From Erysipelotrichaceae bacterium (lineage in GTDB: Bacteria > Bacillota_I > Bacilli_A > RFN20 > CAG-826), in contig SVAY01000006.1 in the NCBI GenBank assembly GCA_015059185.1, forward strand, positions 14,070-78,069: a stretch of DNA of 64,000 nucleotides, given 5' to 3'. Below the pieces are notes generated by a model, which ran no database searches, was not told the DNA's origin, and was given only the letters and a program-made list of their open reading frames with translations. Position numbers and translations under genes: made by a program. Positions 40,409 to 49,114 of this stretch are shown piece by piece. Within the stretch, counting starts at the first letter, position 1. Every line of letters begins with the position of its first letter.

Positions 40409-42460
40409 TTAGATTTTCATCGCTACTTCATAGGCACGCCAGATAACACTTCTTAAATTGCCTACTTGTAAACAGTCACCAACGAGATAGACATTCTTTC
40501 CTTTATTCACTAAAGGAGTAGGAATATAGCCGGTAGAAGAGATAACAGAATCAACTTTTATTTCTTCATCACCTTTTTCGCTAGTAACAATAATTGAACC
40601 ATCTTTCACTTCTTTTAATTTAGTAGAAAGATAAACAGGTACTTTTTTATAAGCAAAATATTCTCTTAAATATGATGAGTTAGCTAAGCATACTCCTTTT
40701 TGAGCAATAAGATCATCTTTCATTTCGATGATGATTGGCTTCTTACCTTGAAGTTCTAATTCATAAGCGATTTCTGAGCCGGTTAAGCCTCCACCAATAA
40801 CGGCGACAGTCTTGCCCACTTCTTTACCATTAAGATAGTCACACGCTTCAATCATTCTTTCCTTACCTGGAACATTTAAGATACGAGCTTTACTACCGGT
40901 AGCGATAATAACTAGTTCTCCTTTAAAGGCATCAAGAGACTTAATCTCACTATGATATTTAACTTCAATAGCAAGTTTTTCCATTTGATAACGATACCAA
41001 TTAAGGAGTTCTCTAAGTTTACCTTTATATGATTCACTACTTGCAGGGATGAATGTTCCACCAAGTTTATCACTCTTTTCGTAAATGATTGGACGATGCC
41101 CACGGAGTTTTAATACCCTAGCCGCTTCCATACCACCGATTCCACCACCGACAATATGAACAGTTTTAGGATGCTTAGTAGGAACAATTTTATGCTTCTT
41201 CCACTGCATCATTTCGGCATTCACTGCACAACGAGCAAGATGTAAGGAATCGCTAAGCGCTTGATCATTAGGTACCCCTTTATAATGACACATATTGAAA
41301 CAGCCATTATGACATAAGATACATGGTCTTATTTCTTTTTCTTCATCATTTAATACTTTGGTGAACCATTCAGGATCTGCGAGGAAATTACGCGCAAATC
41401 CTACACCATCAAGCTTTCCTTCTTTTACACTTTTAGCCCCGGCTTCAAGAGTCATTCTTCCTGCAGCCACTAAAGGAACATTCACATATGGTTTAAGTTC
41501 TTCAACATATGAAAGGTTACAGTTTTCTGGCATATAGATTGGTGGATGGGCCCAGTACCAAGCATCATATGTACCATTATCACAGTTAAGCATATCATAT
41601 CCTGCTTCTTCTAAGAGTTTAGCGGCCTTCTTTGATTCTTCAAAATCACGTCCCACTTCTACATATTCTTCTCCTGGGACAGCACCCTCTCTAAAACCTT
41701 TTGTCTTACTAACAACGGAATATCTTAATGAGACTGGGAAGTCTTCACCACACTCTTTCTTAATTGCTTTAACAATCTCAATAGCGAAGCGATATCTATT
41801 TTCTAAACTTCCTCCATATTCATCAGTTCTTTTATTAACATATTTTAGAGTGAATTGGTCTAATAAATATCCTTCATGGACTGCATGGATTTCAACGCCA
41901 TCAACACCTGCTTCTTTACAAAGCTTTGCGCTCTTAGCGAACGCTTGAATAAAGAATTCAATTTCTTTCTTCGTCATCTCTCTAGAAGGTAGACGGTCAC
42001 TCCATCTATTAGGAGAAGGAGAGGCACTAGCAGTAATCTTATCTAGATTCATCACTGGCTTAGCTAAGAAGTTTAATACTTTATTGTTATAAAGCATTTC
42101 CATCATGCTACTAACAGTAAAACTTCTACCAAATCCAGCAGTTAATTGAATAAAGAGTTTCGCTCCTGTCTTATGAAATTCAGGCATCCACTTCTTTAAA
42201 TCATTGAACATCTTTTTATTACGATAAAGCCACTGCCCAAACATCGGGTTATATACTGGTTGACATCCAGGAAGAACAAGACCGCAGTTATTTTTTGCAA
42301 CTTCCAATATGAACTTTGCACCTTCTTTATCAAAGTGGTTTTTCTCCATCCAACCGAATAAATCAGTACCACCCATGGAGGTCAAAACAATACGGTTTTT
42401 AATCTCAAGATTCCTAATCTTCCAAGGAGTTAATAATGGTTCTAATTCTTTTTTCATCAT
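40409..42460 (-). CDS. OYE-family FMN oxidoreductase fused to a Cys cluster and FAD/NAD(P)-binding domains (2-enoate reductase / 2,4-dienoyl-CoA reductase / TMADH-like architecture)
   Basis: N-terminal OYE motifs (KNRIVLTSMGG; HAVHEGYLLDQF), Cys cluster CILCHNGCFNMC...C, and two GxGxxG Rossmann motifs (VHIVGGGIGG; VAVIGGGLTG); ATGA overlap with the upstream gene. Confidence 0.7.
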   Translation of the reverse strand: MMKKELEPLLTPWKIRNLEIKNRIVLTSMGGTDLFGWMEKNHFDKEGAKFILEVAKNNCGLVLPGCQPVYNPMFGQWLYRNKKMFNDLKKWMPEFHKTGAKLFIQLTAGFGRSFTVSSMMEMLYNNKVLNFLAKPVMNLDKITASASPSPNRWSDRLPSREMTKKEIEFFIQAFAKSAKLCKEAGVDGVEIHAVHEGYLLDQFTLKYVNKRTDEYGGSLENRYRFAIEIVKAIKKECGEDFPVSLRYSVVSKTKGFREGAVPGEEYVEVGRDFEESKKAAKLLEEAGYDMLNCDNGTYDAWYWAHPPIYMPENCNLSYVEELKPYVNVPLVAAGRMTLEAGAKSVKEGKLDGVGFARNFLADPEWFTKVLNDEEKEIRPCILCHNGCFNMCHYKGVPNDQALSDSLHLARCAVNAEMMQWKKHKIVPTKHPKTVHIVGGGIGGMEAARVLKLRGHRPIIYEKSDKLGGTFIPASSESYKGKLRELLNWYRYQMEKLAIEVKYHSEIKSLDAFKGELVIIATGSKARILNVPGKERMIEACDYLNGKEVGKTVAVIGGGLTGSEIAYELELQGKKPIIIEMKDDLIAQKGVCLANSSYLREYFAYKKVPVYLSTKLKEVKDGSIIVTSEKGDEEIKVDSVISSTGYIPTPLVNKGKNVYLVGDCLQVGNLRSVIWRAYEVAMKI

Positions 42461-42903
42461 CAAACACCTACTTTCACAGTTCCGTCTTCAAGCACTTCAA
42501 TTGTGTCCCCAGTCTTTACATTATCTAAGAAGTCTTGACCGAGTCGATCAATAGCGATGACAGGGGAGTTTTCCCAAATCTTCGCTAAGACGATGCCAGA
42601 AGCAGCAAGTGAATCAATGGATTCCGAGAAGAGGAAACATGCTGGCGCAATACCCATTTGACATACTGTTTGAATAACTAATCCTCCAGTTGTACTACCA
42701 ATAGTGATCGGTAAACATAATGCTTTACCAGTAATATTGACGCCAAATAAGTCTTTATTATTTTGATCTGAGACTAATACTTCTTTCGCATTCTTTAATG
42801 CGCTTTTTTGGAATGAGGCAAGGGTATTAAAACCTTGATGAGACACGGCAGCTTCACCCTTATAATATCCGCCTGCAATCACGCGTCCTTTATATTCTTT
42901 CAT
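42460..42903 (-). CDS. AcnX (aconitase X) small swivel-domain subunit-like protein (DUF126)
   Basis: ~147 aa with a glycine-rich swivel region (GSTTGGLV); start at ATG 42903 after AAAGGAA (the track ORF begins at an upstream TTG). Confidence 0.55.
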   Translation of the reverse strand: MKEYKGRVIAGGYYKGEAAVSHQGFNTLASFQKSALKNAKEVLVSDQNNKDLFGVNITGKALCLPITIGSTTGGLVIQTVCQMGIAPACFLFSESIDSLAASGIVLAKIWENSPVIAIDRLGQDFLDNVKTGDTIEVLEDGTVKVGV

Positions 42904-42904
42904 A

Positions 42905-44200
42905 TTATTTAGATTCCTTTCCGACAACGAAATCTAATATTTCTTTATCTTTTGCATAACGAGCGAATGAATATGTTCTTAACTTATTTGAACTTGTATA
43001 AATTCGTCGTGATTTGGTGAGAGGATTATTGGTATACATAAGTGGACAAATAGTAGTTAATTTCACACCTGTCGCCATTAACTCTTGATACTTAGGAGTC
43101 TTCATAAATTTATCCTTAATATCAGGAGCGGTCGTTATGATTGTTCTCACCACTACTTTTTTACGCCCTGTTTCTTTTAACCCTTCTTTAATACGATCTG
43201 TCCAACTATTAAGTTGTTCAAATGTTAAATGTGGACAACCAATGAAGACGAGATTGCCTTTCTTCTCTGGTTTCTTCCACATAATTGGATAGCTGCGATA
43301 GACTCTTTCAATCTCTTCATCATCAATGACGTATTCTTTCGCATCAGGTAAGATTAATTTCTCACCATATTTCTTTGCTTCTGGAGTAAGTCCATCAATA
43401 TGATATAAGCCAACTGCTCCATTAGAGGCTGTCGCGGCTCCAAAGTCTTTTAGATAACCGATTGTTTTATCATCAAGTTTATTTCCAATAAGTTTATCTA
43501 ATCCAACGATATAAGGAACATCTTCCATGACCTTCATACCAATGGCAGATCCTAAAATTTGAGCTTCAGGAACATTCTTACATTTAATAATTACTTTCCA
43601 TTTCGCTTTTCTTCCTTCATCAGTGATAAAACCAAATTCTGGAACGAGTCCTAAGATGGAACCAAATAATTCAATCATTCCAGAATTACGATTACATCTT
43701 GCTCCTAGAACCGAGTTTGCAAACACTACCGCACTTGATTCGGCCCAAGAAAGAATATCTCCTTCTTTAGGCGTATTACCAATTTCTGGTAAATATGCTG
43801 CACATGAGAAAGCATTACTATCTTTAAGTCCCACTTTCTTCAACTGCTCTTCATACATTGCTTGCTTTGCATACATAATCTTTGAGAATACGAGTTTCTC
43901 AAGTGGATTACATTTAACGTTTTCATAATCAATTGGGCGAGGATCAACAGTGAACTTACCTTTAGTCTTAATTCCACTTTCAATTAATTGATCCATCGTT
44001 GAAAATAATGGTTTTAATAACTTAATACCAAAACTAGTTACTAAATGGCCATCATGATGAGTAACTTTAACTAACCTAGGTGCGCCAAAAATATCACCAA
44101 ACATCACGACTGTTTCCATGATCTTGGCCATGACTGGACCTTGACTTCCGTTCAGGATATCTCTTTGTTCCGAGGTTAATTCCATCTTTGGTTCATACAT
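42905..44200 (-). CDS. AcnX large catalytic subunit-like protein (DUF521)
   Basis: 431 aa; DUF521/AcnX type II large-subunit-like by motif recollection (several conserved Cys/Ser-rich blocks); RBS AAAGGAG. Confidence 0.55.
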   Translation of the reverse strand: MYEPKMELTSEQRDILNGSQGPVMAKIMETVVMFGDIFGAPRLVKVTHHDGHLVTSFGIKLLKPLFSTMDQLIESGIKTKGKFTVDPRPIDYENVKCNPLEKLVFSKIMYAKQAMYEEQLKKVGLKDSNAFSCAAYLPEIGNTPKEGDILSWAESSAVVFANSVLGARCNRNSGMIELFGSILGLVPEFGFITDEGRKAKWKVIIKCKNVPEAQILGSAIGMKVMEDVPYIVGLDKLIGNKLDDKTIGYLKDFGAATASNGAVGLYHIDGLTPEAKKYGEKLILPDAKEYVIDDEEIERVYRSYPIMWKKPEKKGNLVFIGCPHLTFEQLNSWTDRIKEGLKETGRKKVVVRTIITTAPDIKDKFMKTPKYQELMATGVKLTTICPLMYTNNPLTKSRRIYTSSNKLRTYSFARYAKDKEILDFVVGKESK

Positions 44201-44259
44201 ATGGAATTCTCCTTTATTGATAATTATATTGTAACACCCTATAAAATGAATTTATAACA

Positions 44260-44290
44260 CTAAAAAATCCCTCTATATTGTGAGGGATAT
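44260..44290 (-). terminator. tRNA-cluster terminator displaced from the tRNAs by the IS insertion
   Basis: ATCCCTC-TATATTG-TGAGGGAT hairpin followed by UUUUUU on the minus strand. Confidence 0.5.
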
Positions 44291-44349
44291 TTCAATCACT
44301 GTACTTACCCCAATTCATTGGACTAATATCCTCTGAACCGGCACCTATA

Positions 44350-45261
44350 TTATACATTACGTTGTAATAATTCGCATTTGTATTTCATTGGACTGTTTTT
44401 CAAGGCCACGATAATACGCTCCTCATTATAATATTTAATCCACTTATGAATTGCTTCACGTAACTGATTAATATTCTCATATCTCCATTCCTGACCATAG
44501 AATACTTCTTCCTTTAATCTTCCGAAGAAGTTCTCTGTTGGAGAATTATCTAAGCAATTGCCTTTCCTAGACATTGATTGAATCATTTGATGCTCTTCAA
44601 GGAAATCTTGATACCACTTTTGTTGATATTGCCAACCTTGATCAGAATGAATAATAGAACCAGGAAGATATGCTTTATATTTATCCTCTAACTGATGCAT
44701 CATTCTTTTGATTTGAAGCATATTTGGATGGATTGAGATGTCATATGAAACAATCTCGCGTGTATGGAAATCGATGATTGGAGAAAGGTATAGTTTGTCT
44801 TCTCCTATCCTAAATTGAGTAACATCAGTTCCAAATACTCTATATGGCTCTCCAACATCAAAATGACGCTTTATTACATTAGGTGCTTTTGACCCAACTT
44901 CTCCACGATAAGAACAGTATTTCTTTTTCTTAGGTTCCGCTGAAATATGATGCTCTTTCATAATTCTTGCCACTTTCTTTTCGTTGATATGAATACCTCT
45001 ATTGTTTAATTCAATCGTTATACGTGGATATCCATATTTTTTATAATGGCTATCGAAGATAGACTTTATTAGCTTGGCTAAATCATCATCCTTATGTTTT
45101 CTTTCTTCTCCATATTTTAAAACATCATAATAAGTAGATTTAGATAACTTTAAATATTTTAGAAGGACATCTAGTTTGATTCGGCCCTTGAGCTCATTAA
45201 CGATTTGTACCTTTTCCTCAATCGTTTGTCCTTCTTTAAAGCCAGGGCCAAGGATTTTTTT
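44350..45261 (-). CDS. IS3-family transposase OrfB (DDE integrase core), expressed as an OrfAB fusion by -1 frameshift at AAAAAAA (45255-45261)
   Basis: DDE core with HSDQG...NxxxESxFxxLKxE motifs; the reading frame stays open upstream back to the slippery heptamer. Confidence 0.75.
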   Translation of the reverse strand, partial: KKILGPGFKEGQTIEEKVQIVNELKGRIKLDVLLKYLKLSKSTYYDVLKYGEERKHKDDDLAKLIKSIFDSHYKKYGYPRITIELNNRGIHINEKKVARIMKEHHISAEPKKKKYCSYRGEVGSKAPNVIKRHFDVGEPYRVFGTDVTQFRIGEDKLYLSPIIDFHTREIVSYDISIHPNMLQIKRMMHQLEDKYKAYLPGSIIHSDQGWQYQQKWYQDFLEEHQMIQSMSRKGNCLDNSPTENFFGRLKEEVFYGQEWRYENINQLREAIHKWIKYYNEERIIVALKNSPMKYKCELLQRNV

Positions 45262-45740
45262 AATATTTCATTCTCATCTTCTAAATGTTTACATCTATCC
45301 TTCAATTCTTTATCTGCTAAAAACCTTTGACGGTCTTCATGAAGCATGTACTTTTTTCTGCCTCTAGAAATTTGGATCCCTTCTTCACCTTTTTCTTTAT
45401 ATTTTCTTACCCACTCACCGACAGAATCTGCATCAGGTGTTCCTACCTCAGCTGCTACCTGCCGAGCTGATTTTTTCCCGCTCAAAACCTCTTTAATTGC
45501 TGCTAATTTCTCTTCGCGAGTATAGATTCTTTCTTCTTGTTCATCAGTAAAAGGTTTTTCACCATGAATCTGATAAACCTTTGCCTTGTGTTTTAAGGCA
45601 CTTACATTAAATTTGTACTTTTGAGCTAACTTTGTCATAGGTACGCCATCATCGACGTATAGTTTGACAATTCTTAGCCATTCACTTGGCCGTCTTTCCA
45701 TAAAGAAAACCCCCTTAAATTGTACCGAATTTTGGTCCAA
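45171..45740 (-). CDS. IS3-family transposase OrfA (HTH + leucine-zipper)
   Basis: 189 aa with an HTH and a coiled-coil C-terminus, typical of OrfA. Confidence 0.75.
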   Translation of the reverse strand: MDQNSVQFKGVFFMERRPSEWLRIVKLYVDDGVPMTKLAQKYKFNVSALKHKAKVYQIHGEKPFTDEQEERIYTREEKLAAIKEVLSGKKSARQVAAEVGTPDADSVGEWVRKYKEKGEEGIQISRGRKKYMLHEDRQRFLADKELKDRCKHLEDENEILKKSLALALKKDKRLRKRYKSLMSSRAESN

Positions 45741-45765
45741 TAAACGGGGGTATTTTCAATCACTT

Positions 45766-45850
45766 TGGTGCGGCTAGCAGGAATCGAACCTGTACGGGTT
45801 GCCCCACTAGATCCTAAGTCTAGCGCGTCTGCCAGTTCCGCCATAGCCGC
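45766..45850 (-). tRNA. tRNA-Leu (anticodon TAG)
   Basis: Hand-folded 85-nt cloverleaf with long variable arm, anticodon loop CUUAGGA, encoded CCA. Confidence 0.8.
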
Positions 45851-45891
45851 AAATAGTTAACCCCTCTAAATAGAGGGGTATTTCTTTAAAT

Positions 45892-45967
45892 TGGTGCCGT
45901 CTATCGGAATCGAACCAACAACCTACTGATTACAAATCAGTTGCTCTGCCAATTGAGCTAAGACGGC
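45892..45967 (-). tRNA. tRNA-Thr (anticodon TGT)
   Basis: 76-nt cloverleaf, anticodon loop UUUGUAA, T-loop TTCGATT, encoded CCA. Confidence 0.75.
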
Positions 45968-45976
45968 ATTTCTTTT

Positions 45977-46051
45977 TGGTGGACACTACAGGGATCGAAC
46001 CTGTGACCTCTTCCGTGTGAAGGAAGCGTTCTCCCGCTGAACTAAGTGTCC
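45977..46051 (-). tRNA. tRNA-Val (anticodon CAC)
   Basis: 75-nt cloverleaf, anticodon loop UUCACAC, encoded CCA. Confidence 0.75.
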
Positions 46052-46162
46052 AATCGCTTATTAATACTACCAAACACTTTTCCTTTTTTCAATTGATAAG
46101 GCTGAGGTCGGGGGTTCTTATAAAAAATAAACCATGGAAGGTTTACTTTTTTAAAATCCATT

Positions 46163-46239
<77 letters not shown>

Positions 46240-46257
46240 AAATTTTGACGCTCAATT

Positions 46258-46286
46258 ACTATACAATACTAGTAATAATTTTGCAA
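46258..46286 (-). promoter_or_regulatory. promoter for tRNA-Ile (TTGCAA-17-TATAGT)
   Basis: Hexamers read from the sequence about 20 nt upstream of the mature tRNA 5' end. Confidence 0.4.
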
Positions 46287-46299
46287 TGTGATTTAAGAA

Positions 46300-46340
46300 T
46301 AATTTGGGGAAAGGCTTTTCACCTCTCCCCAATTGTTTCC
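46300..46340 (-). terminator. hairpin downstream of rpsI (GGGGAGAGG/CCUUUCCCC); weak U-tract
   Basis: 9-bp stem with one mismatch; the following tract is only moderately U-rich. Confidence 0.35.
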
Positions 46341-46365
46341 TAAATTTCGTAAACCTTGTTCTAAA

Positions 46366-46761
46366 TTAACGTTTAGAGAATTGTGGAGCTCTTCTAGCAG
46401 CTTTGAGACCGTATTTCTTACGTTCTTTCGCTCTAGGATCTCTTGTAACCATACCAGCGACTTTGAGAGTAGATCTATCAACACCAGCTTCAAGTAAAGC
46501 ACGTGTGATACCTAATCTGATAGCGCCTGTTTGACCTGTGAATCCTCCACCTTTAACTTGGGCTTCAACATCATATTTGGTGTCGGTACCAGTTAAGGTT
46601 AATGGTTGTTTTAGATCCATAACAAGGGTGGCATAAGGAATGTATTCATCAACAGGGCGACCATTGACTGTAATCTTTCCTTTACCTGGAGTAAGGAATA
46701 CTCTAGCGATAGAAGATTTTCTTCTACCAGTTCCGTAATAACGAGCTGTATCTTTTGCCAT
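46366..46761 (-). CDS. rpsI: 30S ribosomal protein S9
   Basis: 131 aa, ends ...RRAPQFSKR. Confidence 0.95.
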   Translation of the reverse strand: MAKDTARYYGTGRRKSSIARVFLTPGKGKITVNGRPVDEYIPYATLVMDLKQPLTLTGTDTKYDVEAQVKGGGFTGQTGAIRLGITRALLEAGVDRSTLKVAGMVTRDPRAKERKKYGLKAARRAPQFSKR

Positions 46762-46775
46762 TTTACCTTACCTCC

Positions 46776-47216
46776 TTAGAGTTTGATTTCGAGAACTTCT
46801 GGTTTTTGAGCTTCATGCTTATGTTCTGGACCAGCATAGACGAATAATTTCTTTTCGATTTGTCTACCTAAACGGCCCTTTGGTAACATACCGTGAACAC
46901 TTCTTTCAATCATTTCGGTTGGGAAGTTTTTAAGCATTTCACCAGCGGTTCTTGTTCTTAATCCACCTGGGAAACCAGATGCATTGTAATATTTTTTGTT
47001 GTGAATTTTGTCACCACTTAAGCTGACTTTGTCGGCATTGATAACAATGACGTAATCACCACAGTCGACATTTGGAGTATAAATTGGTTTAACTTTACCA
47101 CTTAATACTTGAGCGACTTGTGTGCAAAGACGGCCTAAAGGTTTATCTGTGGCATCAACAACATACCACTTTCTTTGGATTTCGCTATTTTTTGCAATAG
47201 TAGTTTGACGTTGCAT
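46776..47216 (-). CDS. rplM: 50S ribosomal protein L13
   Basis: 146 aa typical L13 sequence. Confidence 0.95.
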   Translation of the reverse strand: MQRQTTIAKNSEIQRKWYVVDATDKPLGRLCTQVAQVLSGKVKPIYTPNVDCGDYVIVINADKVSLSGDKIHNKKYYNASGFPGGLRTRTAGEMLKNFPTEMIERSVHGMLPKGRLGRQIEKKLFVYAGPEHKHEAQKPEVLEIKL

Positions 47217-47289
47217 AACGATTCCTCCTTTACCAAACTAACTTTTTCCTTACCGGGGACTTCATTAATTTTGGCGTGTGCCGATACTA

Positions 47290-47319
47290 ATAATACTTAA
47301 AACAATTACTGCATGTCAA
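47290..47319 (-). promoter_or_regulatory. rplM-rpsI promoter (TTGACA-18-TATTAT), followed by a ~70-nt leader
   Basis: Hexamers read from the sequence. Confidence 0.45.
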
Positions 47320-47425
47320 ATATTTATTTAGAAATAAATGGACGCTATTAAAAATGAGACCTCTTGTAAAGAGAGTGATTCCTATTTATTTGCACTAAAT
47401 ATGAAGGATAGATTATACTTGAATT

Positions 47426-48373
47426 ATGCAAGAAGTTGCCGTCAGTGTCATCATTCCAGTTTATAATTCAGAGAGGTATTTAAAAGAATGTTTAGATTCG
47501 GTTTTTAATCAATCTTTTGAACACCCTTACGAAGTGATTGCTTCGGTTAATGGTAGCACGGATAATTCAATAAATATTCTAAAAGAATATAGTAAGAGTC
47601 ATCCTAACCTCGTAATCATCAATGATCCGATAAATAAAGGGGCTGCAAAAGCACGTATTGATGGCATCAATAAAGCAAGAGGAAAATACGTCGCATTTAT
47701 CGATAGTGATGACCTCTATCATAAAGATTTTTTAAAGGTAATGTATGAAACAATCGAAGTTGGTTATGACATCGTCGGATGTAACTTTTATTATCTATAT
47801 GATACAAAAGCAAGAAAGAGTATCTTAAAAGCAAACTATGAATTAAATTCCATTAAAGCTACTCGCGCATTACTCCGCGACTACACAATGCGTGGATATA
47901 TGTGGAATAAGATGTATAGAAAGGATTTATTTACTGAGCAAAAGGTCTATTATCCTAAAGACCCAAAAACATTATTTGAAGACATTGTGACCTTATATAA
48001 CATCCTTGCTAACATCCACTCGTTTAAAGCAATCAAAACTTCTTTATATTATTACCGTAAGAGTCAGGCTTCAGTCACAAGTACAGTAAATATAGAAAGG
48101 TTCAACCACCATCTATATGCTTTCTGTTTTATTAGATATCTATGTGATCAAAATGAAAATAAAGCATATCTTAAATCATTTAGAAGAACATTCTGGAGAA
48201 CAAGACTATCATTATTTTTTGATGCATATCTATTAAGAAAACAGTTCCATCATGGTCCATTTAAGCATCTAAGAATTTATAAAAAAGAAATAAGAGCGCT
48301 TAAAGACATCAAAAAACCTCTACCGATTGAAGGAGAGGTTTATGAACAATATATTAAAGATTGTTTAGATTAA
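47426..48373 (+). CDS. family-2 glycosyltransferase
   Basis: N-terminal VSVIIPVYN...DSDD GT2 signature. Confidence 0.75.
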   Translation: MQEVAVSVIIPVYNSERYLKECLDSVFNQSFEHPYEVIASVNGSTDNSINILKEYSKSHPNLVIINDPINKGAAKARIDGINKARGKYVAFIDSDDLYHKDFLKVMYETIEVGYDIVGCNFYYLYDTKARKSILKANYELNSIKATRALLRDYTMRGYMWNKMYRKDLFTEQKVYYPKDPKTLFEDIVTLYNILANIHSFKAIKTSLYYYRKSQASVTSTVNIERFNHHLYAFCFIRYLCDQNENKAYLKSFRRTFWRTRLSLFFDAYLLRKQFHHGPFKHLRIYKKEIRALKDIKKPLPIEGEVYEQYIKDCLD

Positions 48374-49081
48374 TTATTTAACGTTGTGATAAACGTTTTG
48401 GACATCTTGAAGTTCATCAAGCATGTCACATAATTCATCAAATTTACGACGATCTTCTGGATCGTTGATTTCAATATATTCATTTGGTAAATATGAAATT
48501 TCTGCAACATCGAAATCTTTGATGCCTAAATCATTGCTTAATACATCACGTGCCTTACCAAACGCTGCTGGTTCAACAAGAACTTCGATGACGCCATCTT
48601 CTTCAGTAACTTCACGAACGTCGACATCACTTAAGATGAGGGTTTCTTCTACTTGATCACGGTTATCACCTTTGAAAGAGAATACACCTGTTTGGGTAAA
48701 ATTATAGATGACACTACCCATGTGACCACCCTTTTTAGTAATAGCAGTTCTCACTTCGGTAAGTGCTCTATTGGTGTTATCAGTTAATGTTTCAATGATG
48801 AAATAGGAATTGCCTGGTCCAAAAGCTTCATACATACCTTGGGCATAGCTTTCAGCAGATCCGCCTTTGGCTTTTTGGATAGCTCTTTCAATAACGTCTT
48901 TAGTAACGTTTTGGCCTTTCCATTTTTCAATTGCACTTCTAAGTGCAAGGTTCATATCTGGATCAGGTTCACCAGATTTAGCAGCCATGTAAATTTCTTT
49001 ACTGGCTCTCATAAATAAAGCGCTTCTAGCAGCGGCTGTTGCTGCCATCGCTTTTGCTCTAACTTCGTGTGCTCTTCCCAT
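48374..49081 (-). CDS. YebC/PmpR-family transcriptional regulatory protein
   Basis: 235 aa YebC-family sequence (MGRAHEVRAK...). Confidence 0.8.
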   Translation of the reverse strand: MGRAHEVRAKAMAATAAARSALFMRASKEIYMAAKSGEPDPDMNLALRSAIEKWKGQNVTKDVIERAIQKAKGGSAESYAQGMYEAFGPGNSYFIIETLTDNTNRALTEVRTAITKKGGHMGSVIYNFTQTGVFSFKGDNRDQVEETLILSDVDVREVTEEDGVIEVLVEPAAFGKARDVLSNDLGIKDFDVAEISYLPNEYIEINDPEDRRKFDELCDMLDELQDVQNVYHNVK

Positions 49082-49114
49082 AAGAATTCCTCTTTTTCCG
49101 TTAAAAATAATACA

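Larger units (their letters stand above)
44300..45758 (-). mobile_element. IS3-family (IS150-like) insertion sequence, ~1.46 kb, apparently intact
   Basis: The left end TGTACTTACCCCAATTCATTGGAC resembles IS150 termini; an imperfect inverted match lies at the right end (rc TGAAAATACCCCCGTTTATTGGAC); orfA and orfB overlap with an A7 slippery site; ATCACT is repeated directly at both junctions. Confidence 0.7.

Noticed and set aside
44283-45766. 17-19 bp direct repeat GGGRTATTTYCAATCACT flanking the IS as a long target-site duplication
   Set aside because: It is mostly explained by the left flank coincidentally resembling the internal right IR; only ATCACT is a plausible junction repeat.
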